A DNA stretch of 57,254 bases from Halobacteriota archaeon (GTDB taxonomy: Archaea; Halobacteriota; Syntropharchaeia; DAOWMC01): NCBI GenBank assembly GCA_034190245.1, contig JAXHTJ010000002.1:1-57254 (forward strand). Reading direction: 5' to 3'. This document shows positions 19,504-28,285 of the stretch, in pieces; position 1 is the first letter of the stretch, and every line of letters begins with the position of its first letter. The notes beneath the pieces are model-generated. The model did not search any database, had not been told where the DNA came from, and saw only the letters and a program-made list of their open reading frames with translations. The translations under genes were made by a program, and so were the position numbers.

Positions 19504-20714
19504 TATAGTTGATATTTACGCTCTATGAATCCCTTCCAGATATCTGGCATCTGAGACATAACTTCTTCGACGATTGATTCTACATCTTTCGTAACCGAAG
19601 AGAAGTTATCCTCTGCATATATCTCCAGGTTTATTCCCTTGGGATCTGTGATCGGCGAGCCGATTTCGCTTACAAGATAGCACGACGCTTGCTCAATTCC
19701 AGGTTCGTTCTTGACCAGTGTATCAACTATCTTCTGTGCGGCCACGTTGTAGGTCTTACCGACGTGGCTCAGAGGATTCTTTCCGGCAGCGGCTTCAAGT
19801 GTCATTGGCCTGTAAGGAGTGATCAGTCCACTCGTTCTGTTTCCTCTTCCAACCTGCCCATCATCACCATGTTCTGCGCTTGTTCCGGTGACAGTCAGGT
19901 AGTATATGTCACTTGCAGAATCATCTGCGTTATTTACATCTACCGAGACCTCTTTGTCGGTTATCCCCTTTCCCACACCAAGCACCATCTCTTCGATCTT
20001 CGCTTTCACATCATTATAATCATCTGCGCTTTGCACTTCGCTTGCAATGATTGCGCATGCAATAATGAACTGTAGATTATCCTTTCGGCGAACTCCCATC
20101 ACTTTAATATCCTCACCTATTGCCGGATATTTATCCTTTGTCTCCTTCGCATTCAGTATCCTCTCAGATTCATATGAGATGCGTTCAGTCTCGGTCATTG
20201 GAGCAAATGCCACACCTATAGATGTGTCGTTCGCCCTTGCGACTTCTATATTCTCGTCAAAATTACCCACCAGATCTGTGCTGCCGGCCCTGATCTTGTA
20301 GTCAACAATAATATCGCTTGCTACATCCAGAAACCGAAGATCCTCATGGAGCCACTCCTTGGTGTGTTTAACAGCAAATTTACCTATTGGGACCTGGTTT
20401 TCGGAAGCCTCATCAATCACTCCAACCGCCCTTCCCACGAGCAACAGGTAGATCGGCTCTACTACTTCGCCTCCTCCAAATCTTGTATTCGACTGCCCTC
20501 CAACAAGAACACACTTGTCAACGTTGTGATGCAATATCCGCCCATATGTCTCCACATAATATTCACTCAGCTTTATACTGAGTTCTTCTGAGGCTTTGTC
20601 ACAGATAGTATCCGGGTGTCCTTTCCCCTTCCTCTCCACGATCTCCATCGGCAGTTTCCTGACAGGGATGCCAGCACCTTTGTTAATCTCAAGATTCATT
20701 TTATCATTCTCCAC
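19500..20714 (-). CDS. mat: Archaeal-type S-adenosylmethionine synthetase
   Basis: VERKGKGHPDTICD, and the length and motif order of the archaeal MAT family. It overlaps the downstream gene by 4 nt. Confidence 0.9.
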   Translation of the reverse strand: MENDKMNLEINKGAGIPVRKLPMEIVERKGKGHPDTICDKASEELSIKLSEYYVETYGRILHHNVDKCVLVGGQSNTRFGGGEVVEPIYLLLVGRAVGVIDEASENQVPIGKFAVKHTKEWLHEDLRFLDVASDIIVDYKIRAGSTDLVGNFDENIEVARANDTSIGVAFAPMTETERISYESERILNAKETKDKYPAIGEDIKVMGVRRKDNLQFIIACAIIASEVQSADDYNDVKAKIEEMVLGVGKGITDKEVSVDVNNADDSASDIYYLTVTGTSAEHGDDGQVGRGNRTSGLITPYRPMTLEAAAGKNPLSHVGKTYNVAAQKIVDTLVKNEPGIEQASCYLVSEIGSPITDPKGINLEIYAEDNFSSVTKDVESIVEEVMSQMPDIWKGFIERKYQLY

Positions 20715-20808
20715 TTATCTCGCATCGATATAACTACTTTTCGATCAAATACAAAATAGGCCAATCAACCTGCTCTCTGAAATCTCCGCCCTATGATTAT
20801 ACAGCAGG

Positions 20809-21252
20809 TCATCTGTCTGAGTAGAGCGTTATCTCATAAAAAGGCTCTTCGATCTCCTCAAGTGATTTTATCGCCGTTATCTTGGTGATATTCTCATCAT
20901 CTTCTATCATGGCAAACGTCTTTGGATGAATATCACAATATTCAGGCTCTTCAAACATAGCGTCAATTTTATGGTTCGGATTTTCAATGCTTTTGTACGA
21001 GCTCAAGCCATCACATATTCCTTTGACGAAGTTGTCGAGATCTCCTGCCGAGTTACAGTCTTTAGGAAGATGTACCTTTACGGACAGTTCTATATTCTCC
21101 GATAGTAGCTCTGAATCACCCAATGCCTCGAAAGCCCTCTTACGAAGCTCTATGAGGTTGAAGGCCTCAGTCGAGTCATTCCACATCGATCCTTTCCTGG
21201 CATTTTTTGGGGGTGTTCCCTTAACAGTGAACACGTACTCTCTTTTTGGCAT
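20809..21252 (-). CDS. RusA-like Holliday-junction resolvase-fold protein (tentative)
   Basis: GDLDNFVKGICDGL has the same D-x-D-x3-K spacing as the E. coli RusA active site (DLDNLQK). A later IEDDENI matches the third acidic site (LDDAQV). Confidence 0.4.
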   Translation of the reverse strand: MPKREYVFTVKGTPPKNARKGSMWNDSTEAFNLIELRKRAFEALGDSELLSENIELSVKVHLPKDCNSAGDLDNFVKGICDGLSSYKSIENPNHKIDAMFEEPEYCDIHPKTFAMIEDDENITKITAIKSLEEIEEPFYEITLYSDR

Positions 21253-21264
21253 ATCCTTAAGTTT

Positions 21265-21771
21265 TCAGTTCTCTTCAAACCCTATCCATTTTACGATTTT
21301 AGCCATGTCGGGATCCTTTCTTTTAAATTTTATTGCATTACCCTTACCATCAGGAATTCCGAGTGGTATCCCGGCGATCAGGTCACTATCCTCCGGGAGT
21401 TCGAATCCTTTGATAATCTTATTTTTATTGAGTATCGGCATCATCATCCAGCAGGCTCCCAAACCTTCGGCATGTGCTGCCAGGAGAAGATTCTGGATTG
21501 CAGCCGAAACGCTCTCGATATTCATCTTTTTAAAAGTTTTGTTGAACTTACAGTAAGCTATTATGACAACAGGAGCATTGCAGATCTTAGATCCCATAAC
21601 TTTGGCGTATTTATCACCTGTTATAACTACAAAGCGCCACATCTGCATATTTTCCCCTGAAGGGGCCCAGTTTGCAGCATCAAGTATCCTCTTTATCACA
21701 TCTTTGGGAATCGGATCCGATTTAAACTTCCTGATGCTTCTTCGATTATAGATTGCTTCGTATAGATCCAC
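21265..21771 (-). CDS. Nitroreductase family protein
   Basis: RRSIRKF near the N-terminus, APSGENMQMWRF, and a length of 168 aa. Confidence 0.75.
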   Translation of the reverse strand: MDLYEAIYNRRSIRKFKSDPIPKDVIKRILDAANWAPSGENMQMWRFVVITGDKYAKVMGSKICNAPVVIIAYCKFNKTFKKMNIESVSAAIQNLLLAAHAEGLGACWMMMPILNKNKIIKGFELPEDSDLIAGIPLGIPDGKGNAIKFKRKDPDMAKIVKWIGFEEN

Positions 21772-21810
21772 TCTTTCACCTCTGGTATTTCCTACTTTAT
21801 ATTATCACAA

Positions 21811-22491
21811 TTAAATGTATCTATTTCTCTTCAGATAATCTATGGCCTCAACGGCTCCCTTACCAAAATGATTCTCGGTCACGTACTCGGAGACATCAGA
21901 GAGGCTCTCTTCCCCGATACCTATGCCAATACCTGCGCACTTCAGCATCTCAAAATCGTTTTCGCCATCACCTATTGCGGCAATATCCTCCAGGGGGCTA
22001 CAGGTGAGCTTCGAGATGAACTCCAGAGCGCTCCCTTTGTTGACGTTCTTATCCATAACATGGATGGCAAATTTTGAATCGACGAGACAGACACCAGATT
22101 CATCATAAAGCTCTCTTCTCAATACATCTATGTCCATATCCCTGAAGATGGCTATCTCAGTCTTGCGAAGGTCCGATCTCTTCACCTTTCTGAGGTTGTA
22201 CTTCGCTGACAATCGATCAAAGAATCTTTCGACCTTCTCAAAATCGCTCAGATTGTAAACCTCGTCGTTCACCTCCACAATTCCGCCATTTTCGGCTATT
22301 AGCGGACCTGAAGTACCTATCATAATAGAAGCTGCGTTCATGAAGCAGAGGATGTTTCCCGATGCTAAAATCACCGGAATACCCTTCTCTTCCAGACCTC
22401 TTAACCTCTGAACTACTTCAAGATCCAACCTGCGACTTTTATCCGTAATAGTTCCATCGATGTCTATTGCAAGAGCCTTGATCTTAAACAC
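21811..22491 (-). CDS. HAD-IIB phosphatase (archaeal phosphoglycolate phosphatase type)
   Basis: AIDIDGTITD (DxDGT), ILASGN, and GDGENDFEML. Confidence 0.7.
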   Translation of the reverse strand: MFKIKALAIDIDGTITDKSRRLDLEVVQRLRGLEEKGIPVILASGNILCFMNAASIMIGTSGPLIAENGGIVEVNDEVYNLSDFEKVERFFDRLSAKYNLRKVKRSDLRKTEIAIFRDMDIDVLRRELYDESGVCLVDSKFAIHVMDKNVNKGSALEFISKLTCSPLEDIAAIGDGENDFEMLKCAGIGIGIGEESLSDVSEYVTENHFGKGAVEAIDYLKRNRYI

Positions 22492-22530
22492 GAGATCTTT
22501 TATGGTACGAGCCGTTATAAATGTTACAAT

Positions 22531-23745
22531 ATGGGTGAGTTTTCTGATAGAACCAGTGTAGATGATGCACTTACTATTATACTTAGCAAGGCAAAAACAG
22601 CTGAAGAGAAGTTATCATTTGAGAAGTGTCTGGGGATGGTTCTTGCAGAGGATGTGGTTTCTGGAGTTGACCTGCCTCCTTTTGACAGGGCTGCGATGGA
22701 CGGGTACGCAATAAGGGGGGAAGACAGTTTTGGGGCTTCTCAGACAAATCCTTTACGCCTCAGGATAATAGGTGAATCCAGAATCGGGGAGTTTTCAGAT
22801 GCAGATGTTGGAGAGTTTGAAGCTGTTAGAATCGCAACCGGCGCACCGATACCTCCCGGTAGTAATGCCGTGATGATGGTCGAATACACAAGAGAGCTGG
22901 ATGGTATTGTCGAGGTCTTTAAACCTGTTACACCGGGAAGGAATGTCTCTTCAAGAGGCGAGGATATCCGCACCGGCGATCTTGTACTCAAGAGGGGCAG
23001 GATGCTCAAACCCCATGATATTGGAGTTCTGGCTGCACTGGGAAAGTCCGAGGTAAAAGTATTTAAGAAACCTGATGTGGCCATAATCTCCACAGGGGAT
23101 GAACTGATTGAGGTCGGAGAGGATATACCGGGAAAGATAGTCGATGTGAACAGCTACACCTTAAAGGCGATGACTTCCTCTTTTGGCGTTCCAACTAGAC
23201 TTAAAATCGTAAAAGACGATCCTGAACTGCTCAAAGAGACTATAAGCAGTTGTCTTACCTATGACTTAATACTGATAAGTGGTGGAACTTCCGTTGGGAA
23301 AAAGGACTTTTTACCGATGATATTAAAAGAGATGGGAGAGATTCTATTTCATGGTGTATCTATGCGACCAGGACAGCCGACAGGATTTGGAATGGTATAT
23401 AAGACACCGATATTCATGCTTCCGGGGTTTCCTGTGGCAGCTATGGTTGCATTTGAGATCCTGGTCAGGCCATTTTTACAGAAGAGCATGGGATTGAGCG
23501 TTAGTAGTCCCTATCCACATATCACAGCCACGTTGAGAAGAAAGATAGCCTCCGAGATAGGGAGAAGAGACTTTGTCCGGGTAGGAATAAAGCGTGAAGG
23601 TGAGAAGACCTCTGTTGAACCAATAACTTCGAGTGGTTCCGGAATATTGTCCAGTATGGTCGAAGCAGATGGTTTTTTGATAGTTCCTGAGAGCAGGGAA
23701 GGTTTTGAAGAAGGAGAGGAAGTCTGTGTCAGTCTCTATTTATGA
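22531..23745 (+). CDS. moeA: Molybdopterin molybdenumtransferase MoeA
   Basis: PPFDRAAMDGYA, ISTGDEL, ISGGTSVGKKDF, and MRPGQPTGFG. Confidence 0.85.
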   Translation: MGEFSDRTSVDDALTIILSKAKTAEEKLSFEKCLGMVLAEDVVSGVDLPPFDRAAMDGYAIRGEDSFGASQTNPLRLRIIGESRIGEFSDADVGEFEAVRIATGAPIPPGSNAVMMVEYTRELDGIVEVFKPVTPGRNVSSRGEDIRTGDLVLKRGRMLKPHDIGVLAALGKSEVKVFKKPDVAIISTGDELIEVGEDIPGKIVDVNSYTLKAMTSSFGVPTRLKIVKDDPELLKETISSCLTYDLILISGGTSVGKKDFLPMILKEMGEILFHGVSMRPGQPTGFGMVYKTPIFMLPGFPVAAMVAFEILVRPFLQKSMGLSVSSPYPHITATLRRKIASEIGRRDFVRVGIKREGEKTSVEPITSSGSGILSSMVEADGFLIVPESREGFEEGEEVCVSLYL

Positions 23746-23768
23746 GAGTGACAACCTCCAAAGACCCT

Positions 23769-23894
23769 CTAACCTGCAAAGAATCCCAATATCCGCTTGT
23801 TCTTGTTTTCTGAGTCCACCGACTCAGCAACCATCTGGTGTAGTTCCATTATCTCATTTAAAAGCCTAATTTTCATCTCGTATTCCTCACTCAT
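23769..23894 (-). CDS. Unannotated small ORF (41 aa), paralog of the sORF at 46948..47088
   Basis: Hand translation gives MSEEYEMKIRLLNEIMELHQMVAESVDSENKNKRILGFFAG. GGAGTGAT lies 7 nt upstream of the ATG, and the shared promoter motif lies about 55-95 nt upstream. It has 13/41 identities in an ungapped alignment with the other sORF. Confidence 0.4.
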   Translation of the reverse strand: MSEEYEMKIRLLNEIMELHQMVAESVDSENKNKRILGFFAG

Positions 23895-23949
23895 ATAAAT
23901 CACTCCATGTTTACATCATCAGTCTATTTTTGTGATGTTACCTCTAGAC

Positions 23950-23988
23950 ATACCTGATTCCATGACCAGATATATAAAATTTTTGGCC
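23950..23988 (-). promoter_or_regulatory. Shared promoter-like motif, copy C (BRE/TATA plus conserved proximal box)
   Basis: The minus strand reads GGCCAAAAATTTTATATATCTGGTCATGGAATCAGGTAT. It aligns with copies at 36044-36081, 47148-47186 and (plus strand) 29854-29886. Confidence 0.35.
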
Positions 23989-24010
23989 ACAATTTCCTGT
24001 CAGTGAAGAG

Positions 24011-26242
24011 TCAGGCCGAGACTTCGAGCTTCGCATAGTCATGGAAGCTGTTTTCGCTAGCAGAGGCATCCAGAATCAAGAATGCAAGCTGATCATTACC
24101 GTTTATATAGCTGTCAATTCCACTTGTAGCACTCCACTCAAGCAGGAAGTCTGCATTTCCTGAGTCAGAATCCTTGTAGCCGGTTTCACCACCATCCCAG
24201 TTATTCGTATCATAATTGAAGACATAAAGCCTTAGAGTGTGTGATCCATCACCGTATCCTTCCCATGTAAACGAGAGCTCATCAATGGATGAAACACTCT
24301 CATCGATCCAGAAGTGGATTATCATTGTGCTCTCATCACCTCCGCTTTCATCGGGATTGATGTATCTGTTGGAGTCAGAATCTCCGCCAGTCGCATCCGA
24401 GTAGCTCAACCTTGTGTAAGCATCAGCCGCTACATCACTCACTTCTGTGTCACATTCCGATGGAAGCGTTGCCAGTGTGCCACCCTCTCCATTTAGGTCG
24501 TTCCAGTTATCCGAGTAGGTGCCGTATGCTCTGAAGTATGATCTTCCGTCAGTTGCATCGTAAGTTCTCGTCGTAGGTGGTTCTGGTGCGGTAGTCGCAG
24601 TGTGACTTACAGGTGTGCCGTTTATATTCCCGGTGGCATCTACGGTACGTGTAGAGATTGTGTGGCTCTCACTTGCGCTAAATCCGGATGCGTTGTAACT
24701 GGGTGAAGATGTGTTGGTCTTCCACACAGAGTCTATATAGACCATAACATGGCTGAAATCACTATCATTTGGATTTGTCCAGACCCAATTGATGTATGTT
24801 TGAGCGTACGTGTTGTTGGAAAGCCCTGTTACACTTGCAGGAGGTGTTGTATCAGGTCCTGGAGTTGGTGTGGGTGTAGGTGTAACTGTGGCCGTTGAAG
24901 ATGTACCTCTTGAGAATGATATCTCCGATCCCTTCACAAGAATGTCTACGGCTAAATTTGAGGTATAGTTGACGGTCACATTGTTACCATCAATTGAGAA
25001 TGTGATGTTTTCTACATGAGAGAGTGAGTTGTTCCATAACTCTGGATATGAGGTATAGATCGTGAGACTGAGATTTGTTGCTTCAACAGAAGTGGACGTG
25101 CCCTCGATATATTTTGCTACCAGCGTCCTGGGATCTGGCGATCCAAATGTACTTTCTGTTGCGTTGGTCCAGATTATATTTACGCCATCTCCACTCACCA
25201 TTGACTGAGGCATTTCTGTATACGAGTAATTGTCCCATGAGTAGTTCTGTATCGAGAGCCCATGCTCATAAACAAGCGTAGGAGAGTTATGGAAGTAAAA
25301 ATAATTTGGGGAGAATGATATGGTGCTGGTGGTGTAATTGAAGCTCACGTTACTCTCTATCACATTCTTAATCGTCAGATCGTCAAAATATATCCGTCCT
25401 GTGGAGGGGGCTGCGTCATTATCCTGAATATAAACGATCCGATCTACCGATTCATAACTCCCCCACTTGCTGTTCCAGTCGGCACCGATAGGAAATTCGT
25501 ATTGATGCCAGTTGCTATCGATTGAGTACATATCCTGATAAGGACTATTTATCCAGTTTGTATCTGTGAGATTCTCCTGGGTTCCCCATAACCTGTAGAG
25601 AAGAGAATGTCTGGAGGAACCAGTTCCATATGCAACTCCGATCGCCTGTATCTCTGCTTCAGTATCTCCCCTGATCCACACTGACATAGTGGTGTTTGCA
25701 GTGAGTGTAAATGGTGTAAATGCTTGCTCTTGCCAATCGTTTCCTGAAATGGTGAGCGCATACGTTCCATTGTACGCCGTCGTGCCAACAGAGACATTAG
25801 TGGGTGATGAATGCTGCGTGCTCCCATTTACGCCATTGTATGAAACGAGCACAACATTACCGGGAGTTTCATAGTCCTCGTCAAACATGGTTGTACTTGT
25901 TTGGGTTGTATAATCTACACGTATCCATCTATCATTTTTAAGAGATAGCTCCCCTGCACTGCTTTGAGTCGGGTTTCTGAATACCACTCTACTCGGATAT
26001 GAAGCTCCCATATGTATGACAGTTGCTTTAGGAAAATCGTTAACAACAGAATCCTCTATATTGGTTTTAAGTTTCAAGAAGTCATCGTATACCTCCACAA
26101 GATGGTCACTTTCAACCTTCCTATTCCACTCCGGCACCTGATACGTCTGAACAAGTCCAAGAAAGATGACGGCTATCGCTAAAAGAAGTATTGCACCGAT
26201 AAGCTCCGATACGGCATCATCATCTTTTAATAGATTTTTCAT
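24011..26242 (-). CDS. Large surface protein with an archaeal type IV pilin-like (class III signal peptide) N-terminus
   Basis: The N-terminus is MKNLLKDDDAVSELIGAILLLAIAVIFLGLV: a charged leader followed by a hydrophobic helix, as in archaeal pilin/DUF1628-type N-termini. It also has a TPTPTPTPGP linker, an Fn3-like segment and many N-x-S/T sequons. It starts 3 nt after the platform gene. Confidence 0.6.
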   Translation of the reverse strand: MKNLLKDDDAVSELIGAILLLAIAVIFLGLVQTYQVPEWNRKVESDHLVEVYDDFLKLKTNIEDSVVNDFPKATVIHMGASYPSRVVFRNPTQSSAGELSLKNDRWIRVDYTTQTSTTMFDEDYETPGNVVLVSYNGVNGSTQHSSPTNVSVGTTAYNGTYALTISGNDWQEQAFTPFTLTANTTMSVWIRGDTEAEIQAIGVAYGTGSSRHSLLYRLWGTQENLTDTNWINSPYQDMYSIDSNWHQYEFPIGADWNSKWGSYESVDRIVYIQDNDAAPSTGRIYFDDLTIKNVIESNVSFNYTTSTISFSPNYFYFHNSPTLVYEHGLSIQNYSWDNYSYTEMPQSMVSGDGVNIIWTNATESTFGSPDPRTLVAKYIEGTSTSVEATNLSLTIYTSYPELWNNSLSHVENITFSIDGNNVTVNYTSNLAVDILVKGSEISFSRGTSSTATVTPTPTPTPGPDTTPPASVTGLSNNTYAQTYINWVWTNPNDSDFSHVMVYIDSVWKTNTSSPSYNASGFSASESHTISTRTVDATGNINGTPVSHTATTAPEPPTTRTYDATDGRSYFRAYGTYSDNWNDLNGEGGTLATLPSECDTEVSDVAADAYTRLSYSDATGGDSDSNRYINPDESGGDESTMIIHFWIDESVSSIDELSFTWEGYGDGSHTLRLYVFNYDTNNWDGGETGYKDSDSGNADFLLEWSATSGIDSYINGNDQLAFLILDASASENSFHDYAKLEVSA

Positions 26243-26245
26243 CTT

Positions 26246-28285
26246 TTAACCTATGACAAAATTGAATACAACATAAGCTATGGCAACCATTATCACCGAG
26301 TGTTTTATTCCTGCATATCCGCTACCCTCTCCCATCTCACCGGCGATGAGTCCGGAGAAGAATCCCTGTATCACGGCTGCATGGAAGAAGAGTCGGTTGT
26401 ATAATTCAACATCAAAGCTCTGCTCCGGGATTTTAAAATTACTCGTCATCTCAGGATCGTCGGGTAAGATGGTTAAAAATGATGACGAGAGGATATATAG
26501 TATAACCAAAAAGACTATAAACGATATATATATCAGTATCATATAAGTGGACATATCAGCCGATCTTGCTCGCTTGAGCCTCTCACCAATTTCGGAATCT
26601 TTAGCAGCGATGCTAAGTACTTCTCTTATATTTCCAGTCGCCTCACTTGCCCTTGTGATAAGAGTTATTGTCCGTGAGATGGCAGTCGTTTTTACACGCC
26701 TCTCAAATTTAACGAGTGATTCGGTAGTTCCTCTCCCCCAAGAAATATCTTTCCAGATTATCTTTATCTCAGAGCTCAGGATACCCAAATTTGAGTCTGC
26801 CAGCATTCCAATGGCCCTTGAAAGGGTTATACCGGCTTCATTGGTACTGGCAAGCCTCTTTAAGAAGTTTGGTATCGCACTCTCTATCTTTCTTATCTTC
26901 ATCCTCCGCATCTCGTAAAATAATGTAAATGGTGCGAGTAGTATGAGAATCGTAATTACGATGGGGCCATCCAGAATATCGATTATTCCAGTACCTGTTG
27001 AAAAAGCAATACCCGAAGCTGGTCTTGAGACTGAATCAAGTGCAAAGGCAGGTGATCGAGTTAGAACCACGAAGACTAAATATAATATTGAGACTGGTGC
27101 GCTGAAGAAGATACTATGTGACGGTTTCTCGTAGAAATGCTTGAATGGGTCTTTCAGCATTTTTTCCATCCTTGCCCTCTTATCCACCATCATCAGCTCT
27201 TTGAACAATGCATCATCATACTCTGATCGCAAACTCGTCTCCAATACATCATCATATTCATCAAGTTCTTTTGACCTGACGTATGTATGAGCAGATCCTT
27301 CCTTGTCGGATATCGAGATGATGCTTAACAGAATAATGAACATAACCGAGCCTACCGGAACCAGTATATATATGATCATCTCGATCGTCCTTGAAGATCC
27401 GGAGCCTGCTATCCCCATCACTATGAGAATAGTTATCATAAACAAAGGACCTGCAACAAATGCGGTGACGTAGCTCTCCGCAACCATCCCAAGCGTATCA
27501 AGATAGCTCTTCTGTTCTTCTAAAGCATCGCTTTGATACTGCTCAGATTTGCTTGCAAAATAGGCTGTGATATCTCCACCGCTATCTATCACTGTGATCA
27601 GGCTGTCGATGAAATCCTTGAATTTTCCCGATGGAGTTCTCTCGCCTGCGTTATAAAGTGCATTCATCACATCCATACCAAAGAAAGTCATATCCCTTAC
27701 GATGAACTCCACCTCTTCTGCCGCATCCATAAATATATGGGTATGCTCACTGAGTGATTTGAAGATATCAATGATGTTCATGCCGCCTTTACTCATTGCA
27801 TGCATATAAGCGACAGAGTAAGGTAGTGATGCATCGATTCCTGTTCTTCTCACTGATGCTTTAAAGGATGGATACCACATAAGTAAGCGGTAAGTGAAGA
27901 AACTGAGTATTATCGGGAGTGACAGCGCCATTATCAACAAAAATATCCCCTTATGTGAAAGTGCAAAGTAGAATAGGCATCCACCAGCAACACCTCCGAC
28001 AACGGCGATAAGAAAGGTATAAAAATAAACATAAGAGACATAAGTCTCGACAGTTTTTGGTATATGCGCCTGTCTAAGACTGGCCTTCAGTCCTGAGTAC
28101 CGTTCTCTTCTCTCTTCAGCCCATCTACCGAATAATTTGATCGCAGGCGCATCAATTCTTTGAAGGACATTCTCATCAGACAAGCCCTTCCTCTTAGCTT
28201 TATCATCAATCTTTTCAGAGAACTTGTCATCATCCAGACCATCTAAAAAGTTGGCTCCCTTACCAGTTATTTTCAGCTCACTCAC
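26246..28285 (-). CDS. FlaJ/TadC-like type IV pilus/archaellum platform membrane protein
   Basis: 679 aa with two T2SS-F-like repeats, each a soluble helical part followed by TM helices. It overlaps the ATPase gene by 8 nt. Confidence 0.75.
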   Translation of the reverse strand: MSELKITGKGANFLDGLDDDKFSEKIDDKAKRKGLSDENVLQRIDAPAIKLFGRWAEERRERYSGLKASLRQAHIPKTVETYVSYVYFYTFLIAVVGGVAGGCLFYFALSHKGIFLLIMALSLPIILSFFTYRLLMWYPSFKASVRRTGIDASLPYSVAYMHAMSKGGMNIIDIFKSLSEHTHIFMDAAEEVEFIVRDMTFFGMDVMNALYNAGERTPSGKFKDFIDSLITVIDSGGDITAYFASKSEQYQSDALEEQKSYLDTLGMVAESYVTAFVAGPLFMITILIVMGIAGSGSSRTIEMIIYILVPVGSVMFIILLSIISISDKEGSAHTYVRSKELDEYDDVLETSLRSEYDDALFKELMMVDKRARMEKMLKDPFKHFYEKPSHSIFFSAPVSILYLVFVVLTRSPAFALDSVSRPASGIAFSTGTGIIDILDGPIVITILILLAPFTLFYEMRRMKIRKIESAIPNFLKRLASTNEAGITLSRAIGMLADSNLGILSSEIKIIWKDISWGRGTTESLVKFERRVKTTAISRTITLITRASEATGNIREVLSIAAKDSEIGERLKRARSADMSTYMILIYISFIVFLVILYILSSSFLTILPDDPEMTSNFKIPEQSFDVELYNRLFFHAAVIQGFFSGLIAGEMGEGSGYAGIKHSVIMVAIAYVVFNFVIG

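Noticed and set aside
20715-21264. Possible prophage or integrated element around the RusA-like gene.
   Set aside because: I found no integrase, flanking direct repeats, tRNA target or other viral-type genes. The flanking genes are ordinary metabolic genes with short intergenic spacers.
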